Source: an uncultured Veillonellaceae bacterium (lineage in GTDB: Bacteria > Bacillota > Negativicutes > JARBTT01). Taken from it: 64,000 bases of DNA. Each line of letters starts with the position of its first letter. Positions within the stretch are counted from its first letter, which is position 1. Under the pieces are notes generated by a model. The model was given only the letters and a program-made list of their open reading frames with translations, did not search any database and was not told the origin of the DNA. Made by a program: the position numbers and the translations under genes. Of this stretch, positions 40,228-50,802 are shown one piece after another. The stretch spans positions 1,664,001-1,728,000 of the forward strand of contig CAWDTA010000002.1 of assembly GCA_963805085.1 (NCBI GenBank). The letters are read 5' to 3'.

Positions 40228-40593
40228 ATGGAAAAATTAAAAGCATTATTTCATGTTGATGAACGAATGAAATGGCGGCTAACTTTAGCAAATACGAAAA
40301 ACTTTATCCAAGATGTTGGTGTGGAACATGTTATTGTAGAGATTGTGGCAAATGCTGCCGCAGTTCAACTCTTTGATTCAAATGAAGAAGATATCGACAA
40401 AGACAGCCACGAACTACTTCAACAAATGAAAGAACTGTCAAATCAGAATGTGATGATAATTGCCTGTAGGAATGCTTTAAAAGCAAATTCTATTCATGAG
40501 GAATTATTGCCGGATTTTATAACAGTCGTTCCTGCGGGAATAACAAGAATTATTAGCAGACAAACGGAAGGTTATTCCTATGTGAAACCATGA
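40228..40593 (+). CDS. DsrE family protein
   Basis: ALFHVDE, IVANAAAV, ACRNAL, VPAGI..I..RQ.EGYSYVKP. Confidence 0.8.
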   Translation: MEKLKALFHVDERMKWRLTLANTKNFIQDVGVEHVIVEIVANAAAVQLFDSNEEDIDKDSHELLQQMKELSNQNVMIIACRNALKANSIHEELLPDFITVVPAGITRIISRQTEGYSYVKP

Positions 40594-40779
40594 TGTTACA
40601 GTCGTAAGAAGTTTCATTTTTGACTTGGGGGGAGAACTGTATTCAAAGACTTTTGCTGGAATTTTTGTATGATTAATAAAACTTGCTAATATGGGATTTT
40701 TACAATAAAATATATCACAATAAGAAAATAAAAAAGGCGATATATTTATAGGGAAAAATGTAAGTAATTTAATAGGAGG

Positions 40780-41952
40780 ATGTACATAGTGAAGGTAGTA
40801 TCTAAAAAATATTGCTTATTATTTGTTTTTATTTTGATGACTGGTTTACTTTCTGGTTGTGGCGATAGTGCAAGCAACGAAGTTAAAATCGGTATGGTAT
40901 ACGAATTAACTGGAAATACCGCGTCGTATGGTACTTCGGCTGCTGATGGGGCCAAATTAGCATTTAAAGAAATCAATGCGAATGGCGGTGTTTTGGGGAA
41001 ACAAATTAAAATAGTTATCGCTGATAACAAAGGTGAACCTTCCGAGTCAGCCAATGCGATGACGAAAGTTATTACGCAGGATAAAGTAGTCGCCGTCACT
41101 GGATTTACGGTTAGTTCCTGCGGAATTGCTGGTTCAGCAGTTGCTGAAGATACCAAGACTCCTCTTGTAGCTGCTGCTACCGTAAATCCGAGAGTAACGG
41201 TTGATGAAAAAACTGGTAAAGTAAAAGAGTATACATTCCGTGCCTGTTTTATCGACTCTTTCCAAGGTACAGTAAGTGCTAATTTTGCATTAAATAGCTT
41301 AAAAACATCAAAGAGTGCAATTCTGATTGATAACTCCAGCGACTATAGTAAAGGCTTAGGGCAAGTATTTAAAGACGTATTTACCAAAGGTGGAGGCCAA
41401 GTCCTTGCTGAAGAGGCATACCTCCAAAAAGATCAGGACTTTAAATCTATTTTGACTAAAATTAAGGCGCAGAATCCAGATATAATATATCTTCCCGGAT
41501 ATTATGAAGATGTAGGTAAGATTGTAAAACAGGCTCGTGAGCTAGGCATTATGATACCTATTCTTGGTGGTGATGCTTGGGATTCACCTAAACTGGTCGA
41601 AATTGGTAGTCCGGATGTGTTAAATAATACGTATTTCACTAATTTTTATTCCGTGCAAGATACCAGTCCGGCATCACAAACCTTTGTTGAATCATACCAG
41701 AAAGAATATGGCCAATTGCCAGATTCTATGGCAGCTATGGGATATGACGCTGCTTATTTACTGGTTGATGCGATTAAGCGGGCCAATAGTGTAGATCCGA
41801 CTAAAATACGTGAGGCATTATCGGCAACTAAAGATTTTAAAAGTGTAAGCGGAACTATGGATTTGAGTCCTACGCATGATGCCATTCGTGGTGTCGTCAT
41901 TATCGAAATGAAAGATGGCAAGCAAGTTTACAAAGAAACTGTAAAACCATAG
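40780..41952 (+). CDS. Branched-chain amino-acid ABC substrate-binding lipoprotein (LivJ/K-like), no adjacent permeases
   Basis: Lipobox LLSGC; EINANGGVLGKQI, FRACFIDSFQG, DYSKGL. Confidence 0.9.
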   Translation: MYIVKVVSKKYCLLFVFILMTGLLSGCGDSASNEVKIGMVYELTGNTASYGTSAADGAKLAFKEINANGGVLGKQIKIVIADNKGEPSESANAMTKVITQDKVVAVTGFTVSSCGIAGSAVAEDTKTPLVAAATVNPRVTVDEKTGKVKEYTFRACFIDSFQGTVSANFALNSLKTSKSAILIDNSSDYSKGLGQVFKDVFTKGGGQVLAEEAYLQKDQDFKSILTKIKAQNPDIIYLPGYYEDVGKIVKQARELGIMIPILGGDAWDSPKLVEIGSPDVLNNTYFTNFYSVQDTSPASQTFVESYQKEYGQLPDSMAAMGYDAAYLLVDAIKRANSVDPTKIREALSATKDFKSVSGTMDLSPTHDAIRGVVIIEMKDGKQVYKETVKP

Positions 41953-41967
41953 AGTATAGGTAGTATA

Positions 41968-42012
41968 AAAAAATCCTGCAAAGGTCTTCTGAGACTTTTG
42001 CAGGATTTTTTG
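41968..42012. terminator. Bidirectional terminator
   Basis: AAAAAATCCTGCAAA...TTTGCAGGATTTTTT. Confidence 0.8.
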
Positions 42013-42072
42013 TATTCTATACGTTGATCTAAAGTAACGGTGAAAAAATACAATCTAGCATTTAAAACAATT

Positions 42073-43095
42073 CTAATTTTTCTGTGCTTTGATTTGATCT
42101 AGGATACCTGTTTCTTGTATTGATTTAGCTAATTTATCGCCATCTGAGCGCCATTTTTCTTTGGAGTCGTCGGAGTTTAAATACTCCACTTGTAAACCTA
42201 AATTTTCGATATTAGCTTTAAATTCGGGATCGGCAATCATTGCTTTAAATCCTTCTTCTAGCTTAGTTTTAACCTCTAGTGGTAGCTCTTTAGGAGCTGC
42301 CACACCAAACCAGTTCGTTAATACAATATCAAAGCCTTGCTCCTTAAAGGTTGGTATTTGCGCTAGATCGGGGTCAGTTAGTCGCTGTTCGCCTGTTGTT
42401 GCCAGTGCTCTTAGTGTACCAGCTTTAATTTGTTCTTTGACTGTTGATGGGTTAGTAAGAACAATTTGAATATGGTTACCTAACAAAGCAGCGACCTCTT
42501 CGCTAGCACCACGGAAAGGAACTTGTTCAAGAGTAATATCAGCAGATTTCGCGAAGGTTTCGCCAAGAATATGTGGTGGTGAGCCTATCCCCGTATTACC
42601 GGACTTTAGTTGTCCGGGATGCTGTTTGGCATAGTTAATCAAAGCATCGACATTTTGCCAAGGCTGCTGAGCTGGAACTACCATTATCCATGGGTTAGTT
42701 GCAACTTGGGCAAGGGGCTCTAAGGCAGTTGGATAATGATATTTCGTTGTGCCATATAGGGGTTGGATGACTACATCCAGTGCACTAATGCCAAGTGTAT
42801 AACCATCGGGATTTGCGTTCACCAGTTCATTCCAGCCGATGGTGCCTGCTCCACCGGGTTTATTGACAACAACTAAAGGCTGTCCTAGATATTTAGGTGC
42901 CATTTTTTCCAACGTCCGAGCTACAAGATCTAATCCGCCACCAGCACTAAAAGGTACGATGACGGTAATTGGTTTCGTAGGGTAATTATTTTTTGCGGGT
43001 AGTGTTGTTTTGCTTTGCATATCAGTGCAACCTCCTAATAGTATTGAAATAAGTAACAAGCATATAGTAAATAATATTAACGATTTTTCTTTCAC
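42073..43095 (-). CDS. tctC: Tripartite tricarboxylate transporter substrate-binding protein (TctC/Bug), lipoprotein
   Basis: YPTKPITVIVPFSAGGGLD, VVNKPGGAG, PDGYTL, IPTFKEQG; lipobox LGGC. Confidence 0.9.
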   Translation of the reverse strand: MKEKSLILFTICLLLISILLGGCTDMQSKTTLPAKNNYPTKPITVIVPFSAGGGLDLVARTLEKMAPKYLGQPLVVVNKPGGAGTIGWNELVNANPDGYTLGISALDVVIQPLYGTTKYHYPTALEPLAQVATNPWIMVVPAQQPWQNVDALINYAKQHPGQLKSGNTGIGSPPHILGETFAKSADITLEQVPFRGASEEVAALLGNHIQIVLTNPSTVKEQIKAGTLRALATTGEQRLTDPDLAQIPTFKEQGFDIVLTNWFGVAAPKELPLEVKTKLEEGFKAMIADPEFKANIENLGLQVEYLNSDDSKEKWRSDGDKLAKSIQETGILDQIKAQKN

Positions 43096-43117
43096 TACAA
43101 CATCTCCTTGTGTATTA

Positions 43118-44641
43118 TTAAGGCAATTGCGATAAAGAAATTGTTTCCTTTTGACGGTGCTTTAGGCTTATAAACCAGTGAATTACATGATAGAGAATGA
43201 AAGCAGTCCCTACTGCTAAAATGGTTCCAGCAATCGGTCGAGTTATCAGTTCCCCAATATTGCCATTGCAAATAATTAAGCTTTGGATTAAGCCTTGTTC
43301 TAATTCAGGACCGATGACGATACCGATAATAAGTGGGGCTGGTTCAAATCCTGTGCGACGTAGAAAAAAGCCCATAATACCAAAGAACACGATCCACATT
43401 AAATCCAAGACACTGTTGTTGATGGTATAGGCACCCGTTAGCGTCAGGATAGTTACGAGTGGCATCAGAATATAGATTGGTGTTTTGAGTAGTTGGACGA
43501 AAATGCCGACTAGGGGCAAATTAATAATGAGTAGCAGTATATTTCCGACATACATACTAGCGATCAAGCCCCAAAACAAATCAGGCTGTTGGGTGATCAG
43601 TGCAGGCCCGGGAATAATGCCGTGAATCATAAAGCCGCTCAGTAAGATAGCTGTACCACCACAAAATGGTATCCCTAAGGTTAATAGTGGAATCATCGTA
43701 GCGGAATTTGCAGAATTATTGGCTGATTCTGGACCAGCGACTCCTTCGATTGCGCCATGACCAAACTCGGCGGGATTTTTACTACAATATTTCTCTAGTG
43801 CATAGGAAGCAAAGCTTGATGTTGTTCCTGACGGACCCGGCAGCAAACCGATCAAGAAACCTAAAATACCACTGCGGAAGATAGGAACTACTGATCGCCT
43901 AGTTTCTTCACGGGTGGGATATAAATCGCGAAAACGTATTGTTTGTACCTTTGATTGCGTACTTGACTCTGTCATTACCGTGAGGATTTCTCCGATGCCG
44001 AATATTCCCATTGCTAAAAGGGATAAATCAAACCCTCTATCCAGCTCGTCGATGCCAAAGGTAAAGCGACTGATACCAGACATACTGTCAAGGCCAACGG
44101 TTCCTAAGATAATACCAATGGTAACCATTAGTATGGATTTTAAGGTGGAAGTACCAGTTAATTTTGTCAATACAATTAAGCCGATGAGGGCAACGGCAAA
44201 ATATTCTGGCGGTCCAAAGGCCAGCGCGGACTGTGCTAGAGGCGGTGCGAATATAGTTAGACCAATCACGCCGAGGGTGCCAGCAATGAAGGATCCAATG
44301 GCTGATACTGTGAGTGCTGCTCCGCCTCGTCCACGTTGTGCCATCGCGTAGCCGTCTAAACAGGTTACGACGGATGCGGCTTCCCCAGGGACATTCATTA
44401 GGATGGAAGTAGTTGACCCACCGTATTTTGATCCATAATATATCCCAGCGAACATAATCAAAGCTGCAGTACTATCCATGCTATAACTAAAAGGTAACAA
44501 TAATGCAATGGCACTAATCGTATCAATACCTGGCAGTACACCAACTAATGTGCCTAGTAGAACCCCGATGGTACAGGATAGCAAATTGACTGGCATGACG
44601 CTAATAGAAAATCCATGTAGTAACATAGTCAAAGTATCCAA
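43118..44641 (-). CDS. tctA: Tripartite tricarboxylate transporter large permease
   Basis: GVLPG, YGGSTTSILMNVPG, DGYAMA, GVAGPESANN. Confidence 0.93.
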   Translation of the reverse strand: MDTLTMLLHGFSISVMPVNLLSCTIGVLLGTLVGVLPGIDTISAIALLLPFSYSMDSTAALIMFAGIYYGSKYGGSTTSILMNVPGEAASVVTCLDGYAMAQRGRGGAALTVSAIGSFIAGTLGVIGLTIFAPPLAQSALAFGPPEYFAVALIGLIVLTKLTGTSTLKSILMVTIGIILGTVGLDSMSGISRFTFGIDELDRGFDLSLLAMGIFGIGEILTVMTESSTQSKVQTIRFRDLYPTREETRRSVVPIFRSGILGFLIGLLPGPSGTTSSFASYALEKYCSKNPAEFGHGAIEGVAGPESANNSANSATMIPLLTLGIPFCGGTAILLSGFMIHGIIPGPALITQQPDLFWGLIASMYVGNILLLIINLPLVGIFVQLLKTPIYILMPLVTILTLTGAYTINNSVLDLMWIVFFGIMGFFLRRTGFEPAPLIIGIVIGPELEQGLIQSLIICNGNIGELITRPIAGTILAVGTAFILYHVIHWFISLKHRQKETISLSQLP

Positions 44642-44728
44642 ATTTTCATCTCCTGCCTTTTCGATAATTATACGAATAAAACTCTATTTTAATTTAAAAT
44701 CAGTAAGACTGGGGGTAAACCCTCTGCG

Positions 44729-45148
44729 TTATGGTAATGTAACTGCTAAATAATACTTAAATATCAGATAAAATATTGCAGAACTAGTAGCTGACAGCAG
44801 CAAAGGTAAGCGCCAGCCTGTAGTATCGGCTATCTTGAATAAATATAATAGAAAGACAAATGTGGCGATAAGATAGCCGATAACATTAAAAAGCGTAATA
44901 TAAAAGAGTAAGCCAATAAGAATGAAACTAAACTTTGTCCAGTTTACTTTATTGTTTGTTACGGATTTTTTCGATCGTACTTGATTCACGATCAGTAGTA
45001 GCGAGACGACAACAGCAGTACTCCCCGCTAGGATAGGTAAAAAACCAGAGCGGGGCGATTGGAGGTTGCCAAAAGTAAGCTGCTGAGCAAAGCAAAGATA
45101 AATAATGCTTGCTACTAAAAAAAAGGATGTTACTATTTTTTCAGTCAT
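44729..45148 (-). CDS. tctB: Tripartite tricarboxylate transporter small permease
   Basis: Four TMs, P.SGFLP motif, C-terminal L.V.LP; adjacent to tctA. Confidence 0.85.
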   Translation of the reverse strand: MTEKIVTSFFLVASIIYLCFAQQLTFGNLQSPRSGFLPILAGSTAVVVSLLLIVNQVRSKKSVTNNKVNWTKFSFILIGLLFYITLFNVIGYLIATFVFLLYLFKIADTTGWRLPLLLSATSSAIFYLIFKYYLAVTLP

Positions 45149-45185
45149 ATTCAGATACCTCTGCTTCCTAAGATTTTTGTGATGC

Positions 45186-46664
45186 TTAATCCGGTCCTGA
45201 AAAGTCGGGATTAAACCGGATGGTAAAGGTTGTTCCTTTTCCTAGTTCACTATCAACAGTCAATATTGCGTCATGGCGTAGGGCAATTCGATAACAGATA
45301 GCTAAACCAAGACCAGTACCACTTTCTTTGGTGGTAAAAAATGGGGTTCCAAGCTTATCTTTAATTTCTAAGGGAATACCTGTCCCTGAATCTTCTATAG
45401 ATAATAGTACTTTTTCATCAATCATTTTAGTGCTAATGGTAATGACACCCTTGTTAGGCATGGCATCTAGCCCATTCCTTACCATATTAAAAAGAAATTG
45501 ATGGATGCTGCTTCGGTCTAAAGAGAGCATAGGAATCGTATTTAAACTAAGTTTAATCTCACAATTATTACATAAGGCATCAGCCTGCAGTAAAGGATAG
45601 AGATCCTGGATAATAATATTGAGATTGTTTTCGCTAAAATCCATTGCTCTATTTTTGGCCAGCGACAAAAATTCAGTGATAATACTATTGGCACGATCTA
45701 GCTCACTAATCATCAGTGAAAAATTTTCTTTTTGATTAATAAATTCTTTTTTATCACCGATAAATTGCAATAGGCCTCTTACGGTTGTCATCGGATTTCG
45801 TATCTCATGAGCAATACCAGCTGCCATTTCGCCAATAATATTTAAGCGGTCTAGACGGGTCATTTTTTCAGTTTGCTCACTAATATAATTAAGAATCGGA
45901 GAGAATTCGGCGATTTCACTACGATAATCGTAAGAATGGCCAGAGTATATCGATTCAGCAAATGAATGAAGGTCGTCTTTTAACTTCACGAACAACTCAC
46001 GAAAAATGCTAATGCATACTAATAGCATTAGAAATGCGCCTAAAAAGGTATTTACTGTCCGTTTCCAGATGGTTGAAAAAACTTCATCTTGATTGACTGT
46101 AGCAAAAACATAGCCAACGACAACGCCGTTCTCCTCAATTGGCCTAGTACAGGTGATTGTATTTGCTCCATGCCATACAATTGACTTACTATTTCTGAAT
46201 AGATGCTCGGTAGCGTTTTTATAAATTGTATAATTTTGATTGGACTGAATGTCAATCAGTAAAGACTTATCAGGCTGTGGCCCAATGGCAACGATGCTTT
46301 CACATTGCTTTGAATAAAAACCAAATTTAATTGTATTCATTGGGATGATAATATCACTTATTATGGGTTGGAGCTCTTCGTTGAGAGCCAGTGCTTGGTC
46401 TCGTTTTAGGTTGGTAGGATCACCTTGATTGGTGGGGAGTTCAGAAAAAACATTGTATGGTTTTTTTTTGAGTAATATATCAGTAATAGATAGAATATAT
46501 TGGGTATTTTTCGCATTTTCCTCTTGTAATGAGAGCCAATGGTTATAGGCTGTCGACGTTATGATTAGTAAAAAAACAACGGTAATTATTTTTATATTCA
46601 ATGTTGTTGCTAGATTGTAACCTTTCATTCTTAAAAGCCTCTCTAGTGCATAATATTGCACCAA
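45186..46664 (-). CDS. Orphan membrane sensor histidine kinase
   Basis: Two TMs with an extracytoplasmic domain; GEMAAGIAHEIRNPMT, N-box, PFFTTK..GTGLGL; no neighbouring response regulator. The start may be 46630. Confidence 0.9.
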   Translation of the reverse strand: MVQYYALERLLRMKGYNLATTLNIKIITVVFLLIITSTAYNHWLSLQEENAKNTQYILSITDILLKKKPYNVFSELPTNQGDPTNLKRDQALALNEELQPIISDIIIPMNTIKFGFYSKQCESIVAIGPQPDKSLLIDIQSNQNYTIYKNATEHLFRNSKSIVWHGANTITCTRPIEENGVVVGYVFATVNQDEVFSTIWKRTVNTFLGAFLMLLVCISIFRELFVKLKDDLHSFAESIYSGHSYDYRSEIAEFSPILNYISEQTEKMTRLDRLNIIGEMAAGIAHEIRNPMTTVRGLLQFIGDKKEFINQKENFSLMISELDRANSIITEFLSLAKNRAMDFSENNLNIIIQDLYPLLQADALCNNCEIKLSLNTIPMLSLDRSSIHQFLFNMVRNGLDAMPNKGVITISTKMIDEKVLLSIEDSGTGIPLEIKDKLGTPFFTTKESGTGLGLAICYRIALRHDAILTVDSELGKGTTFTIRFNPDFSGPD

Positions 46665-46795
46665 TGCATTAGTGTTGTAGATTGCTTTACAATTAACAAC
46701 ATATTAACCTAATAATGTAGATTTTTCTTATTTGTGTTTATTACTTCGCCAAGAAAAATCAAAATCCTTCCATTTTTATTAAAGAAGTTAATAGT

Positions 46796-46850
46796 TGAAT
46801 ACAAAAACACCTATCAAGCAAATGTATCATGATAGGTGTTTTTGTATTCA
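46796..46850. terminator. Terminator hairpin after the SSS gene
   Basis: TGAATACAAAAACACCTATC...GATAGGTGTTTTTGTATTCA. Confidence 0.75.
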
Positions 46851-46875
46851 TAGCAATCGCTTACTTTTTATTGCT

Positions 46876-48276
46876 TTATGCACATTCAGAGGCGGCAATT
46901 GACTTTGAATCGAGTAAATAGGTTAAGAGGAACGTTCCAACACAAGCAATCCATTCGAGATAAATCACGTGAGGGAAGATACGAATGGAAGGGCAAGTCT
47001 GCCAAAAGACTAAAACAACTATGCTAGCTGCAATCGTATAAAAAGCAGCATTCTTACGGCAAAGAGAAGGAGCAAACAGGGTGAAGAGAACAATAACACT
47101 AAAGGAAGCAGTTAAACTAAGACCAACCATCAGCGTATTGATGATGCCGCTAATCGTCATCGCAAAAATGAGAGTTAATAGTCCCAATAATAGTACAGCT
47201 GCCTTGGTGACGAAGAGAAACTGTTTATCGCTGACAGTAGGATTTATAAATTTTTTATAAATATCTTGGGAGAACAACGTTGCAGAGCTGAGGAGCAGGT
47301 TACAGGCGGTTGATACATCTGCTGCCCATAAAGCGGCAAGCGTGATACCCGCTAGAATTGGATTCAAAGACATAATCGTCATTGGCAAAGCCATCGCCGG
47401 GCTTGCATCAGGAAACATCGTCCTGGCAATTACACCTAGTAACGCACTGACAAAACCAATCGGTAGCATCATTAAGCCGCCAATGATAAAACCACGGCGG
47501 GCTGTTTGTACGTCTTTGGCCCCTAAAGAAATTTGAATGATGCTTTGTAAAGATAAGTTAACTGTTACTAGTACCAGCATCCAAGTAATGATGCCAGTAA
47601 TACCAACACCATCAAAGAAACTGAGGTAAGGGACACTCGCAGGTAGTTGAGCTTCGATGCTTGCCAGGCCGCCAGCATGGGTTACGCTGACGATTGTGGC
47701 TAAGATAATGCCGATATATTTTAGTGAGACATTTAAAATATTGGAAAGACTAGCGGACCACATACCGCCAATCATTGTAACGCTAATGAATACGACAGCA
47801 CTGGTAAGCATACCTGTAGTTAGTGTAAATATTTCGGGCATTAAAGCCGAAAGAATACTGCCACCAGCTAGATATTGTAGGGACATAATGACGAGCTGAA
47901 TAACAATCTGGCAGGCAATGCCAGCAATCATACCCTTTTTATCATAATATCTACCTAATAGTTCGGGGATAGTGGTAATATTAAGTTCGCGATATTTTTT
48001 TGCCACGAGCATTCCCATTGTAATCGCGCCGACCCCCCAAGCTGTTGTATACCAACCAGCGGAGAGGCCGACTTTATAAGCTTGTTCAGCGACACCAATT
48101 GTTGATGCCCCACCAACAGCAAGCCCGACAATCGACACCGTAATCAGCGGCGTTGTCAGCTTTCTGCCGGCTAAGATATAATTTGTAGCACTGCCCGCAG
48201 AGCGACGTTGTGCAAAATAACTGATTGCAAAGAGTAGGAAAATATAGATACATACGATGAGAAATGGAATATTCAT
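46876..48276 (-). CDS. Sodium:solute symporter (PutP/SSS family), probable amino-acid transporter
   Basis: YILAGRKL, TTIPELLG.YY, GGMWS, about 13 TMs; preceded by a T-box leader. Confidence 0.88.
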   Translation of the reverse strand: MNIPFLIVCIYIFLLFAISYFAQRRSAGSATNYILAGRKLTTPLITVSIVGLAVGGASTIGVAEQAYKVGLSAGWYTTAWGVGAITMGMLVAKKYRELNITTIPELLGRYYDKKGMIAGIACQIVIQLVIMSLQYLAGGSILSALMPEIFTLTTGMLTSAVVFISVTMIGGMWSASLSNILNVSLKYIGIILATIVSVTHAGGLASIEAQLPASVPYLSFFDGVGITGIITWMLVLVTVNLSLQSIIQISLGAKDVQTARRGFIIGGLMMLPIGFVSALLGVIARTMFPDASPAMALPMTIMSLNPILAGITLAALWAADVSTACNLLLSSATLFSQDIYKKFINPTVSDKQFLFVTKAAVLLLGLLTLIFAMTISGIINTLMVGLSLTASFSVIVLFTLFAPSLCRKNAAFYTIAASIVVLVFWQTCPSIRIFPHVIYLEWIACVGTFLLTYLLDSKSIAASECA

Positions 48277-48341
48277 AAGTAAACCTCCTTAAAGTAAATA
48301 AATTGTATTCATCTATTTTATTTTATAATGGCAATAAAATA

Positions 48342-48627
48342 AAAAACGCCCCTCGTAAAGAGGGACGATATGACCGTGGTACCACCCAAATTTAACCTCA
48401 GGACAAAAATAAAAAGCGATACCGATAAGGGACGAATCACCGCGGTACCACCCTAGTTTTAATCATAAGATTAGCTCTATGTCTATAACGTAGACGATAC
48501 GGCAAAACCTACTGTAATTTCAGTCCGCAGCTCGGGAAGGAACTTCATTGTGCGTTTTCAACTAGTTTGCACCAACCACTAGCTCTCTGTGTGAAAAAAA
48601 CAAAATTACTTTTTTCCGTCATCACCA
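48342..48627 (-). promoter_or_regulatory. T-box riboswitch with one Stem I and two antiterminator/terminator units
   Basis: On the minus strand: GATGA..AGTA..AGAGAG..GGTG..GAAGTTCCTTCCCGAG (Stem I), an AGTAG/CCGT stem II region, then AACTAGGGTGGTACCGCG..TCGTCCCT and AATTTGGGTGGTACCACG..TCGTCCCT...GGGGCGTTTTTT. Confidence 0.9.
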
Positions 48628-48650
48628 ATATATGATATAGTATTGTAACG

Positions 48651-48679
48651 ATTATAAATTGTTACAATACTATTGTCAA
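48651..48679 (-). promoter_or_regulatory. Sigma70/A promoter for the T-box leader
   Basis: Minus strand TTGACA-17-TATAAT, overlapped by the inverted repeat ATAGTATTGTAAC...GTTACAATACTAT. Confidence 0.8.
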
Positions 48680-48900
48680 TATGCAAGGTACTATTATTTA
48701 CGATTTTTAGCTTTATCACATGAAATAATCATAAAAATATCATAGTGATTAGCACGGCGTTACTAAAAGTCAAATCGGATATTGTATATATTTTATGATT
48801 TGGCTTAGCGTAAAAATGATAATGCTGAATGATTGCAGGAAAAGTCATTCGTAAAGGAGAAATATTTTAAGTTAGTTTTATCATAAGTGAGGGATTATAT

Positions 48901-50652
48901 ATGTCAATTTATAAAAAATTTATTCAATACTATAAACCATATCAGCGATTATTTTATTTTGATTTGTTTTGTGCACTGGTTGTTTCAATGATCGACCTAG
49001 TATTTCCACAGATTCTCTCTGTTCTTACGCATGGAGTTTTTACTCGTGATGCAAATCAAATCATGAATGTACTTGGTATCATTGGTGTAGGAATGCTTGT
49101 TATGTACAGCGTTCGTTATGCTTGTCAATACTATATCACTACCTGGGGACATATCATGGGGGCAAGAATGGAAAGTGATATGCGTCAGGATTTGTTTAAT
49201 CACTATCAAAGACTTTCTTTTTCTTATTATGATCGTAACAACACTGGCGAGATGATGTCCAAGCTGGTATCGGATTTGTTTGATATCTCAGAATTGGCGC
49301 ATCATGGGCCGGAAAATATTTTTATATCGACGATCAAGATTTTAGGTTCTTTTGCATTTTTGCTATTGCTTAATGTGAAAATGACCTTGATTCTTTTTGT
49401 TGTCACCTTGTTCATGATTATTTTTAGTATTTATAAAAATAGAAAAATGAAAGCTGTGTTCATGGATAATCGAAAAAAAATTGCCGGCGTTAACTCGCGG
49501 GTGCAGGATAGCCTCTCTGGTATTCGTGTTGTCAAATCTTTTGCCAATGAGGAGCTAGAACGAGAAAAGTTTAGTTATAGTAATCTAGAGTTTTTGGATT
49601 CAAAAGAAGGCAGCTATAAAATCATGGGAAGTTTTCATGCAGGAAACGCTTTTTTTCAGGGGTTACTATATACGGCGGTGCTCGTCAGTGGCGGCTTCTT
49701 TATTGCCAATGACAGTTTGAATGTCGCTGATCTGGCTGTATATGCACTGTATATCGGTATTTTTCTCAATCCGATTGATGTGTTAATCAATTTTACGGAG
49801 CAGTTTCAAAAAGGCTACTCTGGTTTCAAACGTTTTATGGAGGTAGTAGGTACAACTCCAGAAATTTTAGACAAACCGGATGCGACTATGCTGACCAATG
49901 TTGCTGGCAATATCGTTTATAAAAATGTTTCCTTTCGATATAATCAAAATACTGGCGTGTTAAATAAGGTCGATATCGCGATTACCGCAGGGGAAACCGT
50001 CGCATTAGTCGGCCCTTCTGGTGGAGGTAAGACAACGTTATGTTCACTATTGCCACGCTTTTATGATGTGACGGAGGGATCCATTATGATTGATGGAAAA
50101 GATGTGCGTGATGTTACGCTTAAATCGTTGCGTAGTGCGATTGGGATCGTTCAGCAGGATGTCTATATCTTTGCTGGTAGTATCCGTGACAATATTGCTT
50201 ACGGTAAGCCTAAGGCTACAGATGAAGAAATTATAGAAGCTGCTAGAAACGCCAACATCCATGAGTTTATTATGAGTCTGGATAATGATTACGACAGCTA
50301 TGTTGGTGAACGGGGGACACGACTTTCCGGTGGGCAGAAACAAAGAATTGCCATTGCCCGTGTCTTTTTGAAAAACCCACAGATTCTCATTTTAGATGAA
50401 GCCACCTCTGCGCTGGATAATGAAAGTGAACGCTATATTCAGACTTCCTTGGAACGACTATCAAAAGATCGTACGACCATTGTCGTTGCCCATAGACTCA
50501 GTACCATCCGCAATGCGGATGAAATCATTGTAATCAATCACAGTGGAATTCAAGAACGTGGTTCGCATGAAGAATTATTGGCGAAAGATGGACTTTACGC
50601 TAAATATTATAAAATGCAATTTCAAGGACTCGATGAACTAGAAGAAGGCTAA
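48901..50652 (+). CDS. ABC exporter, fused permease/ATPase (YwjA/MsbA-like)
   Basis: TM domain, GPSGGGKT, LSGGQKQR, ILDEATSALD. Confidence 0.93.
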   Translation: MSIYKKFIQYYKPYQRLFYFDLFCALVVSMIDLVFPQILSVLTHGVFTRDANQIMNVLGIIGVGMLVMYSVRYACQYYITTWGHIMGARMESDMRQDLFNHYQRLSFSYYDRNNTGEMMSKLVSDLFDISELAHHGPENIFISTIKILGSFAFLLLLNVKMTLILFVVTLFMIIFSIYKNRKMKAVFMDNRKKIAGVNSRVQDSLSGIRVVKSFANEELEREKFSYSNLEFLDSKEGSYKIMGSFHAGNAFFQGLLYTAVLVSGGFFIANDSLNVADLAVYALYIGIFLNPIDVLINFTEQFQKGYSGFKRFMEVVGTTPEILDKPDATMLTNVAGNIVYKNVSFRYNQNTGVLNKVDIAITAGETVALVGPSGGGKTTLCSLLPRFYDVTEGSIMIDGKDVRDVTLKSLRSAIGIVQQDVYIFAGSIRDNIAYGKPKATDEEIIEAARNANIHEFIMSLDNDYDSYVGERGTRLSGGQKQRIAIARVFLKNPQILILDEATSALDNESERYIQTSLERLSKDRTTIVVAHRLSTIRNADEIIVINHSGIQERGSHEELLAKDGLYAKYYKMQFQGLDELEEG

Positions 50653-50802
50653 AGTAAATTTGTAATGTTAACTTTTTACTTGCTTCAAAAGTTTCGCCAT
50701 ATTTTTACCGAGAGTTTGAAAGGTCTCTAGTGCTATACACTTTTGGAATGATAAAGAAAAAGCAACGAACTATCTAGAAAATAGTTTAGTTGCTTTTTGT
50801 GT

